This document shows, piece after piece, positions 50,181 through 61,174 of a stretch of DNA of 64,000 nucleotides. The stretch is from the NCBI GenBank assembly GCA_040437565.1, contig JBDOQK010000009.1, positions 496,001 to 560,000 of the forward strand, read 5' to 3'. Made by a program: the position numbers and the translations under genes. This stretch comes from Albugo candida. Lineage: Eukaryota. The stretch's first letter is position 1. Every line of letters starts with the position of its first letter. The notes under the pieces were generated by a model. The model saw only the letters and a list, made by a program, of their open reading frames with translations, was not told where the DNA came from and ran no database searches.

Positions 50181-52630
50181 AACGCATACCTCTTGTGGGA
50201 TCATGACCCAAACGACGTCTGGTCGAGTTATGTGACGCGTAAATGCCTCAAAAGCGCCATTGTGGCCGTCATCACACATCTTGGAAGTGGCGAGGGCCAG
50301 ACCATGACACTTTCCTCAAAAGGTAACGTGGTTTCTTGATGCAATCAGATTCAAACTCCGGCAACCCCAGGTGAGGTGCACTCACTGCTTCGGACCAGAA
50401 ATACAAGTGTTTTACAAACGAAGATATGTTTACTTCTCAACATATATGTCATACTTGTGAATCAAAAAATACTGTTTTCGCGTGCAGCTTATTATCCCAA
50501 TAAGCTTTTTTTCCCTTGCGCTGGAATTTCGGTCAGATGAATTGGATTGAAGTGACTGTTTTGGATTCCGATTTCAAAGGAGCGCAGAGAATTGTCCCCG
50601 GATGCTGAAATTGCTCGGCATAATTTGGAATGCTGTTTCTACGACATCACATTCACGTGTAAGGAACTTACCTTTTCCGTGTAATGCGGTGTTTGGGGCT
50701 CTCAACGATGGATTCCACATGGTAGGTATCCGTGCGGCTATTCAAACATAATGAATACAAGTGTTTTATTCTGACAGCAATCGCAAGATTGGTGGGTGTC
50801 CTTGTGCAGCCCAATTTTCTCTTTTGAAGAGAGAAAATAAGTCATCGAGAAGCTGAAGCGTCCTGTTTGCGTAATGAATGAAAGTTCTTTATGAATGCGA
50901 TATTACTGTCATGTTTTTGACTTCGTTAATGTATCTTTCATTTATGTGGAGCGCTCTTCATTCATTGTCGATATTTTCACTCTCAGTGTATTCTACACTG
51001 CAAAAGCTTTCAAGTAGCGTTTGCTTGCGCTTTTCGATTTTATCGAGGATTCTAGTGGGTCAGCGTACAGCAGTAATAATGATCGCTAGACTAGCCACAA
51101 TTACAGGCCTTCAGTCTTGCACCGCAATATTAGGAGCATATGAGACGCGGTTCCATCAAAAAATAAGAGGTAGAATTTTCCTATTAGTCACGCGTAGAGA
51201 GGTTTTGCCCATGGCTTCATCTTTCAGGCGAACTTTCAAGAGTCAGAATAGTCTCTGTGACTTGCACGTCAGAAAATGCTTTTTATTGCAATATAGATTT
51301 TCTTACAGATTGAACAATGGGTAGTATGAATGATAGAGATTTGAATGAATCATGATGGAGCCAGGCATGGCACAATCGAATTGCTATCGATAAAGCTAGA
51401 TCGATATAATGCAAGTCATTTTCTATTTACAAAATAAACGGAAGGCATTACAGGAAGATTTGTCATGACCGGCACAAAGGAGAATTCTCGGATTACCAGA
51501 AAAAATATATGCGAACATAGATTGTGATTACGAAATGTAGCAACTGAGTATGTTCATGACCTTCGCGAACGTCTACCTGTTATTGGCGTTGTTCACTTGC
51601 TGGACCAGAGAATTCCTTGTTCTGAGCCCTGCATGCATACAACGCACGAGAGAGCGACGATTGATAAAATTCCATATCAGCCCCGAGAGAGCCTATTAAA
51701 ATGGCGGTCAGATTGGGCATATAGGCTGCACCGCATATCAATTGAGGCACAGCAAATATAATTATGGAAGCGAATATTACTCTTTCAGACGTTTGTGACA
51801 TTGATCATGCACATTAGGCAAAGATAATCGTTTCCACCCGATCTATGCAATTACCGGTACATCCCAACACTCGTGTCTTCTACTCGTGCTGCCGCTATTA
51901 TCGTCTTGCATCAAAGTACTAAAAAACGTAGCATCATGGACCACAACGCATTGAGGCTTTCGGAGTATCATATGTGTTTTGATTGTCAACTCGCAGTACT
52001 TGGCCTGCTGCTATGTATACGCGTAAACAGATATTTCTATCTTACGAGACTCTCACAGGCTTTTCCTTAGTAACGATTTTTTGTAACACAGCAAGCACAC
52101 AGTATATGCTCGCACAACAATCTTGTAAAAGTAGTGTCGCGGGTCTGCAGCGACTACACGTCTATGATGGTGATTGTATGCCTAATTCTTCAACATTGGC
52201 CCTTCCTTGTATTTTGATGTAGTAAGAAAGATATCCAATCTTTAAACCGTGCACCAGCAACAAAACCGCTCATTTGAAGCATGACTGAATGTATCAATGT
52301 CATCTTCCTGTACCTTTGCACCACTGCGACATGTGCCACTCGTCACATGCAGTGCTGACAAGCGAAGACGACTTGCCAATTCTATATTCAGATCATCTGA
52401 TGCAAGCATTTTGTAATAGTAAGTGCAAAGAGCGACAACTTTGCACAAGTTTCCAACGTGTCGGAGATAATTGCAAACTCTTTGTATTGGTCAAAATAGT
52501 AATCTCTTGAAATTCCATCAAACATCGTATCCACCTCTCAATTGGTCAATATCCATCGTAGTAGTCTTTTAAACAGGCAATTGAAAAGTTTTCATTCACC
52601 AAAGTTTTATATCGCTCTCAATTCTCAACA

Positions 52631-53461
52631 ATGATGCAGTTGGACGCGTCAGAGTTGCTGCTTTTAGAGCGTCAAAAGACGCAATCACTTGAAAATGAAG
52701 TGAGATCGCTCAAAGAAGCATTAGTGCAGATGGGAGAAAAAACGGAGGTCGAAGAAGAGAGAATAACAAATCGTTTATTCAAGCGATTGAATGAATTGAA
52801 GTCGGAGAAAGAGCATTTGGCTATGGAAGTCGAACGTGAAGAAGAGTTTCTTACGAACAGCTTACAAAAGAAATTGGATAAATTACGACATGAGAAAGTG
52901 GATTTGGAGAATAAATTAGAAGTAGAGCAAGAATACATTGTGAATAAGCTCTCGAAAGAGTTGCAAGCCGCTCGAGAAGAAAAAGAGCGTTTGATTGTGG
53001 AGCTGTCGAAAGAAGATAACACTGTACGAAGGACTTTGGAGTCACAAGTCGCTCAAATTATCAACGAGAAAGTCCATTTGGAAAACGAATTGGAGCAAGA
53101 GCAAGAGTTTCTTGTGAATCGACTGCAAAAGCAAGTGGCCAAGGTTCAAATGGAGAAGAAGCGTCTGGAAAAGAAACTCACACGAGATTCTGTGGCTGTG
53201 TTGGATCAGTTAATGACTCAAATGGACGATATTTGTGGCAATATCGACAAGAACGATCTGGATAGCTTTGTGGCTAAAGTAAAAGATGTGGTTCGGGAGG
53301 CCAAAGAAAGACAGACGCAGAAAATGCAGAAGTTGCAAATGACAACTGGCCGAGATGACTCGAGTATATTTGGATTGCCATGCACGTCTTCACTCACAAA
53401 AGAATCTCTATCGCAAGATATTGTGGAGATGTACCATAATAATCGTCGTGGAACACTCTGA
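52631..53461 (+). CDS. CCDC6: CCDC6/H4-like coiled-coil protein (DUF2046-like)
   Basis: Repeats EVEEERITNRLFKRL, EREEEFLTNSLQKKL, EVEQEYIVNKL, EQEQEFLVNRLQK. Confidence 0.85.
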   Translation: MMQLDASELLLLERQKTQSLENEVRSLKEALVQMGEKTEVEEERITNRLFKRLNELKSEKEHLAMEVEREEEFLTNSLQKKLDKLRHEKVDLENKLEVEQEYIVNKLSKELQAAREEKERLIVELSKEDNTVRRTLESQVAQIINEKVHLENELEQEQEFLVNRLQKQVAKVQMEKKRLEKKLTRDSVAVLDQLMTQMDDICGNIDKNDLDSFVAKVKDVVREAKERQTQKMQKLQMTTGRDDSSIFGLPCTSSLTKESLSQDIVEMYHNNRRGTL

Positions 53462-53568
53462 TTCTATCTAGGCATTCGCTCTTCGCTTTCCACCAGTTTC
53501 TTTCATGCTTCAAATTCATTAAACAATAAATACAATTTCAACAGTATTTTCACTCGCATTCGATCATC

Positions 53569-54863
53569 TCAAAGAGCTTGCTGGATGAGATGTTTCTGGT
53601 TATCTGTGAGCGTTGCTGGGAATTGGATATCAAACTCTACATATAGGTTGCCACGCTGCCCGGTGTTCTTTTGAAGCGGCATCCCTTCGTTGGGAATCAC
53701 CTTGCGCGTTCCAGGTGCAATAACACCTCCATCTAATCGAACAGGAACGTCGTGTCCATCCAGCGCTTTGATGGTCAAAGTTCCGTTTCCAACTAAGGCA
53801 CTTTTCAGAGAGATCTTTGCTTTGTACAGCAAATTATCTCCGACTCTTGTGAATTTGTCGTGTGGCAATTCCTTTATGACAAATACGAGATCTTGTGGTG
53901 CGCGATTCGGAAGCACGTCGCCTTGACCTTCAAATGTTATCTTTGTTCCATCTTTCCATCCCGGTTTTATATTCACTTCCAAAATCTGTTGCTCTTCTCG
54001 TAACTGTTGTGAAGCGTTATCAAACACTTTCCGTGTGATTTTCAATTTCCGAGTAGCACCGGTATACAATTGGTCCAATGTACATTCGAGTGAACGCTTC
54101 CATAATTCCGGTCGTTTTCGGCTTGGCTGACCACCAAACATATCATCGATACTCATCCGCATCCCTCCACCACGATGCTGTTTTCCCATTCCTCCAAATC
54201 CGCCCATATTACCAAACACAAACNNNNNNNNNNNNNNNNNNNNNNNNNNNNNNNNNNNNNNNNNNNNNNNNNNNNNNNNNNNNNNNNNNNNNNNNNNNNN
54301 NNNNNNNNNNNNNNNNNNNNNNNTGTACATTCGAGTGAACGCTTCCATAATTCCGGTCGTTTTCGGCTTGGCTGACCACCAAACATATCATCGATACTCA
54401 TTCGCATCCCTCCACCACGATGCTGTTTTCCCATTCCTCCAAATCCGCCCATATTACCAAACACAAACATTGGGTCCATGTGTTCTGCTTCATTGATATT
54501 CGAAGTGCCGAAAAACTGCTCGAAAATTTTGGAAGCGTCCGAAGAATGGAAAGAAAAGCCTCCAGGAAATTGAGAGAATCCACCACTGAACCCACCAGGA
54601 AAACCACCTGAAGCTTCAGGCCCAGCTTGTGCGGATCCTTTCAGCCCTTCCTCACCGTACTGATCGTATACCTGCCGCTTTTCTTTATCGCTCAGTACTT
54701 CGTATGCCTCGCTGACATCCTGAAACTTTTTCTGTGCAGCTTCTTTGTTGTTTGGATTCTTGTCAGGATGCCATTTTAATGCCAATTTGCGATACGCTTT
54801 CTTCAATTCGTCGTCGGAAGCGCTCCGTTGAACGCCCAAAATGGAGTAATAATCACGTCCCAT
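53569..54863 (-). CDS. Class B DnaJ/Hsp40 (Sis1/DNAJB4-like); middle duplicated by a gap artefact
   Basis: J domain with HPD, G/F region, C-terminal domain ([24 protein letters not shown]), no zinc finger. Confidence 0.95.
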
Positions 54864-54951
54864 TATTTCTCTGCTTTCAGTTTGCGCATAAACAGTTTAA
54901 TTGAACAATGAGACGAGAAGGTGCTGAATGCATGTCACTGGCGAAACGTTC

Positions 54952-54964
54952 GAACGTTCGAGAA
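54952..54964. promoter_or_regulatory. Heat-shock element upstream of the DnaJ gene
   Basis: GAAcgTTCgaGAA, three perfect alternating nGAAn units ~90 bp upstream of the ATG at 54863. Confidence 0.65.
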
Positions 54965-55059
54965 GATCGAGAACATTTTATTGAAAAGTTTTTGTTTTTG
55001 ATCAATTATGTGCCAATATCAGAAGAAATCGTATATTGTATTATACAGTAAAAATAACT

Positions 55060-55425
55060 CTATAGAGCAGCGAGATGACGACGAAGCTGATCATAGTCAC
55101 ACGAAGGCAGTCCAATTGGAGGTTCTTTACCTAATGCTTGATATTTCGTGTAGATTTTGCCAAGTATTTCGTCCTTCTCTCGACGCTGTCGAATACTAGA
55201 AGCTTTAACTGGATCACTGGACCCTCCTTGACGCCAATTTTGTTGTCGTTTCTCGGCAGCTTCCGCTAATTGTGAACGCTTTTGCTGCAAATTGACAGGA
55301 TCAGTACTCGCGGTTTTGGAACCGTGATTTTCTGTACTATGTTCGTTTTCTCCTAGCCGTTGTGTCTCATTATCTTGATGCGCTGCGGCATTTCTCAATG
55401 GAACTTGAGATTGGCAGCATCCCAT
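55060..55425 (-). CDS. Small acylated protein, SVIP (small VCP-interacting protein)-like
   Basis: MGCC N-terminus (myristoylation/palmitoylation) and a VIM-like KRSQLAEAAEKRQ motif. Confidence 0.7.
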   Translation of the reverse strand: MGCCQSQVPLRNAAAHQDNETQRLGENEHSTENHGSKTASTDPVNLQQKRSQLAEAAEKRQQNWRQGGSSDPVKASSIRQRREKDEILGKIYTKYQALGKEPPIGLPSCDYDQLRRHLAAL

Positions 55426-55835
55426 CGACGCGTTCAGTAGTCAGAAGTTATTTCTGTTATGTCTGTTCAATCCAATTGATTGGTCTTATTTACACCCAAT
55501 CAAATAAATGCAATGACCTGATTCTACGATGACGCGTCCATCAAAGAAAATGATAGAATTTGCTCTCTAATGGCTGCATCAGTATGGCGCATAGGTACTT
55601 CCTCAACAGTCGAAATCAACAAAAAATGGAAACAACCTTTCAAATTTTTACAAGTGGAAAGATCGCAGTCATTGATTCCCTTTGAATAATGCAAATTCTC
55701 AACGCGTCCGCCACAAAATGACGAATCAGATTTTGTAAAAAATTCAATGGGTAGCCTCCAAGTTGCCTTTGTTGCATTTCGCATACACGGCGCACTGGCT
55801 CTCAATGCACTGAATTCGCATTCTCACAATCATTC

Positions 55836-55851
55836 TCTCATTTTCCAATTC
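55836..55851 (+). promoter_or_regulatory. Oomycete-type Inr+FPR core promoter
   Basis: TCTCATTTTCCAATTC ending ~24 nt before ATG 55875. Confidence 0.55.
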
Positions 55852-55874
55852 GAACTCAAAGTCAAAAGTCAAGT

Positions 55875-56102
55875 ATGCTCGGAATCTTTCAACTGATGGT
55901 GGTGCTTGTATGGATGTGCAGTGGACGTGTGCTTGCAACACAATTGGATGTCGAGTCAACGGCAACGCTCCGTGGAAACGCACTTGATTTGGAATCGACC
56001 AAAAGGGATGCAAAGGATTTACAAGAAAGCTTTTTCACTTCGATCTACGACTTTCTGAAGGATTTACACACACACAAATGCAATGGGCCATGTACTCCTT
56101 AA
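55875..56102 (+). CDS. Small secreted protein or peptide precursor (75 aa)
   Basis: Hydrophobic signal peptide ending VLA, acidic pro-like region with TLRG and KR, C-terminal FFTSIYDFLKDLHTHKCNGPCTP; core promoter upstream. Confidence 0.7.
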   Translation: MLGIFQLMVVLVWMCSGRVLATQLDVESTATLRGNALDLESTKRDAKDLQESFFTSIYDFLKDLHTHKCNGPCTP

Positions 56103-56595
56103 CCACTTTTTTGAAACATGTTGAGGGTAATCATTCAATATAATTTGCACGTTCTTTACTTTAGCGTACGATTCGATCGCTCGACATTGCTCTAAGAGCT
56201 CTTATCAGACTATCATCGCATCCGTGAAATCGCACTGCCCATTAATGCTAAATTTCACAGTTGAAGCAAATTGTCCGTTTCCGATGACGTTTTTCTTGTT
56301 ATGTATCCGCCTTTGTCCCATAAAAAGGCGTCCGACAGCTATTCATTGAGCAAATGGTGCGTTCGTGGCCGCCACTCATTTCGAATGAAACGAATGTATT
56401 AAACGGATTTCCATACAAATTTCAAGTCGAATAAACTGAATACTTATGCATGATTTCATCCAATCATAGATACCCATACAATTCATTGGCTTTCCAAATT
56501 AAATGCTTTGATCCCATCGCATTTGTCGTTGGACTTTGGAATTTGCTCTCGAAACAAACAACTGACACTTGGCAATCTCTAGACAGCCATCAAGT

Positions 56596-59500
56596 ATGAA
56601 TCAGCCACCTTCGATCTCTGCAGAGATCAATGCAAATGTCTCCTTCCCTCAAAAGATATTATCACCGATATCCTCTGACGCAGTTGCTGGCGTCCTGCAT
56701 CACGAAAAAGCCACACTCACACTTGCAGACGGTACCACGTACATTGGCTACTCGTTTGGAAGCAAAAACAGCGTCTCCGGTGAAGTCGTTTTCAACACTG
56801 GAATGGTTGGCTATCCTGAAGCGTTGACGGATCCCTCGTATCAAGGCCAGATCTTGGTGCTGACGTACCCTCTGATAGGCAATTACGGGGTTCCAGACTC
56901 TAATGTGATGGATGAGTATGGTTTGCCAAAGTATTTCGAATCGGATCGTATTCATATTGCGGGATTAATTGTATCGGAATACTCGTTCCAACACAGTCAT
57001 TGGAATGCCGTCAAATCACTTGGGGAGTGGCTCAGTGAACACAACGTTCCCGCACTCTTTGGAATTGATACGCGGATGATTACCAAACGGATTCGGTCTA
57101 TGGGCGCCGTATTGGGAAAGATCGAATTTGCTAATTTGCCCGTGGAATTCACTGATCCGAATCATGAAAATGTGGTTGCAAAGGTATCTAAAACAGACAT
57201 TCGCGTGTTCAATAAGGGATCGACACCTCGAATTCTCGCATTTGATTGCGGAATGAAATTCAATATCATTCGCTATTTAGCGAAAAGGGGTGTGGAGCTT
57301 ACAGTTGTGCCGTACGATTACGACCTCAAGCATTCTCAGTTGGAGTATGATGGAATCTTTCTCAGTAATGGACCGGGAGATCCAACAATGGCAGCATCCA
57401 CCATTGAAAGCATTCGATGGGCAATGGCGTTAGAGCGTCCCAAACCGATTTTTGGTATTTGTTTGGGAAATCAGCTTTTAGCACTGGCGGCCGGCGGTAA
57501 GACATACAAAATGAAGTATGGAAATCGCGGAATGAATCAGCCGTGCATCGATATGCGTACGACACGATGCTACATCACACCTCAGAACCACGGGTATGCT
57601 GTGGACTCGACTTCACTCCCTCCTGGCTGGAAGACATTCTTTTTGAACGCAAATGACCACACAAACGAAGGAATCATTCACGAATATAAACCATTTTTCG
57701 CGGTTCAATTCCATCCAGAAGCATGCGGTGGACCTACAGACACTGTGTTTCTATTCGATCTGTTCCTGGAGAAAGTCACAGGAGCGCCTCCCAAGCTCAC
57801 ACTTCTCGATACATCGCTGTACCATCAGCCTCAAATCAGAAAAGTCATTCTGTTGGGCTCTGGTGGCTTATCGATCGGTCAAGCCGGTGAATTTGATTAT
57901 TCGGGCTCACAAGCCATCAAAGCGTTGCGAGAAGAAGGTGTGCATGTGATTCTCGTGAATCCAAATATTGCTACAGTCCAAACTTCCAAAGGGCTCGCAG
58001 ACAAAGTGTACTTTGTACCCGTACGAGCTTCCACAGTACTGGAAGTCATCAAAAAGGAGAAACCCGATGGAATTCTCGTCAGTATGGGCGGACAAACAGC
58101 GTTGAATGTCGGCATTGAATTGTATCAAAATGGCGATCTCGAGCGACATAATGTCATTGTTATGGGCACACAAATTCCTGCGATTATTAACACGGAAGAT
58201 CGTGAGAAATTCTCTGAAAAACTCGCTGAAATCGGAGAAACGATCGCATTGAGTCGTCCAGCACGAAGTGTAGAAGAAGCAATTGCTGCTGCCAATATGA
58301 TCGGGTACCCGGTCCTTGTCCGATCGGCATTTGCACTTGGCGGTCTAGGCTCCGGGTTTGCGTCGAACGACCAAGAATTGACCAAATTAGCGACAAAAGC
58401 ACTCCACGGCTCAGGGTCGAAATCGGGCGTGAAGCAGATTCTCATCGATCAAGATCTCCGTGGCTGGAAAGAAGTCGAGTACGAGGTCGTACGGGATGCC
58501 AAAGACAATTGCATCACAGTATGTAACATGGAGAATTTCGATCCGTTGGGAATTCATACCGGCGATTCAATCGTTGTGGCTCCATCTCAAACACTTTCCA
58601 ACAGCGAATACTTTAAACTTCGAGCTACAGCCCAAAAGGTTGTACGACATCTTCAAATCGTCGGCGAATGTAACATCCAATACGCGCTGGATCCTCATTC
58701 CGAACGCTATTGTATCATCGAAGTAAACGCTCGTCTTTCACGTTCCAGCGCGTTGGCTTCCAAAGCGACAGGCTACCCGCTCGCGTATGTTGCGACTAAA
58801 ATCTCATTGGGAATCGATTTGGTGTCTATCAAAAACTCTGTCACAAAGAACACAACCGCGTGCTTTGAACCGAGTTTGGATTATTGTGTGGTGAAAATGC
58901 CGCGTTGGGATCTCAAAAAGTTCTCACGCGTATCCAATGATCTCGGAAGCTATATGCTGAGTGTCGGTGAAGTGATGTCAATCGGTCGGAACTTTGAAGA
59001 AGCCATTCAGAAAGCAGTTCGAATGGTAAATCCTCATTTGGTCGGATTGGATGCTGATGTCGTCGATAATGAGACAAATCCCGCGATTCTCGACGAGCAT
59101 TTACGCAGTCCCACCGATGAGAGGCTCTTTTACGTAATGGCCGCGCTGGACGCCGGGTATTCAATCGATCAAATCCATCAGCTGACTAAAATCGATCGCT
59201 GGTTTCTCTCGAAATTGGCTCACATCAGTTTGTTACGAAAATGTATCGGTAGGGATTTCTCATTAGAAACGCTTTATGAGCCCGTTTTACGAACACTTAA
59301 AGTGAATGGGTTTTCCGATCGACAAATTGCCAAAGAATTGAGTCGAAATGCATCGTTACCACTTGTCGAAGAGCATGCGATTCGAACGCTACGAAAGTCT
59401 TTGGGCGTTGTTCCGTGTGTCAAGCAAATCGATACACTTGCAGCAGAGTTTCCAGCACAAACGAATTACTTGTATATGACGTATGGAGGCTCCGAAGACG

Positions 59501-61119
59501 ATATCCCCATGAACGAACAAGGCGTTATTGTCCTCGGATGCGGAGCGTATTGCATTGGATCGTCCGTGGAGTTTGATTGGTGTGCTGTGAGCTCTGTCCG
59601 AACGATTCGAGAGCTTCACAAAGCCGCAATTGTAATCAATCACAATCCCGAGACCGTGAGCACCGATTACGACGAATGTGATCGTCTGTACTTTGAAGAG
59701 CTTTCTCTGGAACGCGTGTTGGACGTCTACGACCGAGAACACCCAGAAGGTGTCATTGTATCCGTTGGCGGTCAAATTCCCAACAATTTAGCGCTTCCTC
59801 TGCATCAAGCAGGAGTTCAGATTATTGGAACGAGCGCCGATAGTATCGATCATTGTGAAGATCGGAATCGATTCTCTGCGTTATTGGACTCTCTGGGAAT
59901 CGATCAGCCTTGCTGGGCGCATGTCGAAGGTGTCGAATCTGCACTTACATTCTCCAATAAAGTCGGATACCCCGTCCTTGTGCGTCCAAGTTACGTCCTC
60001 TCGGGTGCTGGGATGATTGTCGCTTCTAATGAAGAACAGCTCATCAAGTATCTCTCCAGTCACGCAGTCAAAATCTCGCGTTCAGTCTGTGTATCAAAAT
60101 TCATTCTCAACGCGAAAGAAGTGGAATTTGACGGTGTCGCGCAGGACGGAGCGATTCTCAATTACGCCATTTCCGAACATGTCGAGAACGCAGGCGTGCA
60201 TTCCGGCGACGCGACGTTAGTCCTCCCCGCCCAAAAGTTGTACGTTCAAACGATCAAACAAGTCAAAAGAATCGCTAGTGCGATTGCCAGTGTCCTAAAC
60301 ATCAGCGGTCCATTCAATATTCAGCTTATGGCACGCGATAATGACGTCAAAGTGATTGAATGCAATTTAAGAGCCTCACGAACATTCCCATTCATTTCCA
60401 AGACATTTGATATGAATTTCATCAATTTGGCGACAAAAGCAATGCTCGGCTTACCAGTGAAAAGCGTTCCAATCGCTCTTGTGGATATTGATTATGTCGG
60501 AGTGAAAGCGCCTCAGTTCTCATTCACACGTTTACATGGCGCTGATCCAATGCTCGGCGTCGAAATGGCGTCCACAGGCGAAGTCGCGTGCTTTGGAACC
60601 GACATGCATGAGGCGTATTTGAAGGCGTTATTGAGTGCGGGGTTTCGTATGCCAAAGGAAAAAAAGGTTTTATTATCGATAGGAAATCAAGTCGACAAAG
60701 GCGAGTTCGCTGAAAGTGCTCAAATTCTCTCGGATTTGGGGTACTCGATTTTCGCAACGCCAGGAACCGCATCGTACTTGGAATCCATTGGAATCGCATG
60801 CACGACTCTGCACAAACCATTGTCCAAGGAATCGCCCAATGTCACAGAGTACATCTCTACCGGGAAAATCGAGCTCGTTATCAACGTTCCCGAAGGCAAC
60901 AGCGGCGATGAGATTTCCAATGGATATTTGATCCGAAGAACAGCGGTTGATTTTGGTATTTCACTCATTAACAACGCGAAATGCGCCATTTTGTTCGCTC
61001 AGGCAGTCCAAAAAGTCCACAAGCTTGAAATTTGCAATATCGGCGAGTATTACGCGATGCCGACGGTAGGCTGGAGACCCGGACGGAAGCTTACAGCACG
61101 GAAAATGTCACTTTGCTAA
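56596..61119 (+). CDS. Glutamine-dependent carbamoyl-phosphate synthase (fused small and large subunits), intronless
   Basis: GEVVFNTGMVGYPE, SNGPGDP, GICLGNQ (catalytic Cys), QFHPE, GQAGEFDYSG, two ATP-grasp halves, MGS-like C-terminus; first ATG at 56596; no DHOase or ATCase fusion. Confidence 0.97.
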   Translation: MNQPPSISAEINANVSFPQKILSPISSDAVAGVLHHEKATLTLADGTTYIGYSFGSKNSVSGEVVFNTGMVGYPEALTDPSYQGQILVLTYPLIGNYGVPDSNVMDEYGLPKYFESDRIHIAGLIVSEYSFQHSHWNAVKSLGEWLSEHNVPALFGIDTRMITKRIRSMGAVLGKIEFANLPVEFTDPNHENVVAKVSKTDIRVFNKGSTPRILAFDCGMKFNIIRYLAKRGVELTVVPYDYDLKHSQLEYDGIFLSNGPGDPTMAASTIESIRWAMALERPKPIFGICLGNQLLALAAGGKTYKMKYGNRGMNQPCIDMRTTRCYITPQNHGYAVDSTSLPPGWKTFFLNANDHTNEGIIHEYKPFFAVQFHPEACGGPTDTVFLFDLFLEKVTGAPPKLTLLDTSLYHQPQIRKVILLGSGGLSIGQAGEFDYSGSQAIKALREEGVHVILVNPNIATVQTSKGLADKVYFVPVRASTVLEVIKKEKPDGILVSMGGQTALNVGIELYQNGDLERHNVIVMGTQIPAIINTEDREKFSEKLAEIGETIALSRPARSVEEAIAAANMIGYPVLVRSAFALGGLGSGFASNDQELTKLATKALHGSGSKSGVKQILIDQDLRGWKEVEYEVVRDAKDNCITVCNMENFDPLGIHTGDSIVVAPSQTLSNSEYFKLRATAQKVVRHLQIVGECNIQYALDPHSERYCIIEVNARLSRSSALASKATGYPLAYVATKISLGIDLVSIKNSVTKNTTACFEPSLDYCVVKMPRWDLKKFSRVSNDLGSYMLSVGEVMSIGRNFEEAIQKAVRMVNPHLVGLDADVVDNETNPAILDEHLRSPTDERLFYVMAALDAGYSIDQIHQLTKIDRWFLSKLAHISLLRKCIGRDFSLETLYEPVLRTLKVNGFSDRQIAKELSRNASLPLVEEHAIRTLRKSLGVVPCVKQIDTLAAEFPAQTNYLYMTYGGSEDDIPMNEQGVIVLGCGAYCIGSSVEFDWCAVSSVRTIRELHKAAIVINHNPETVSTDYDECDRLYFEELSLERVLDVYDREHPEGVIVSVGGQIPNNLALPLHQAGVQIIGTSADSIDHCEDRNRFSALLDSLGIDQPCWAHVEGVESALTFSNKVGYPVLVRPSYVLSGAGMIVASNEEQLIKYLSSHAVKISRSVCVSKFILNAKEVEFDGVAQDGAILNYAISEHVENAGVHSGDATLVLPAQKLYVQTIKQVKRIASAIASVLNISGPFNIQLMARDNDVKVIECNLRASRTFPFISKTFDMNFINLATKAMLGLPVKSVPIALVDIDYVGVKAPQFSFTRLHGADPMLGVEMASTGEVACFGTDMHEAYLKALLSAGFRMPKEKKVLLSIGNQVDKGEFAESAQILSDLGYSIFATPGTASYLESIGIACTTLHKPLSKESPNVTEYISTGKIELVINVPEGNSGDEISNGYLIRRTAVDFGISLINNAKCAILFAQAVQKVHKLEICNIGEYYAMPTVGWRPGRKLTARKMSLC

Positions 61120-61174
61120 GAGGCTCACGCGATAATTTCGGATTATATATTGGCTCTACAGGTTCAAATGCTGT

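Noticed and set aside
50900-52530. Possible spliced minus-strand gene head-to-head with CCDC6
   Set aside because: Some exon-like pieces and splice-like sites exist, but I could not build a consistent frame or recognise a domain; RNA-seq is needed.
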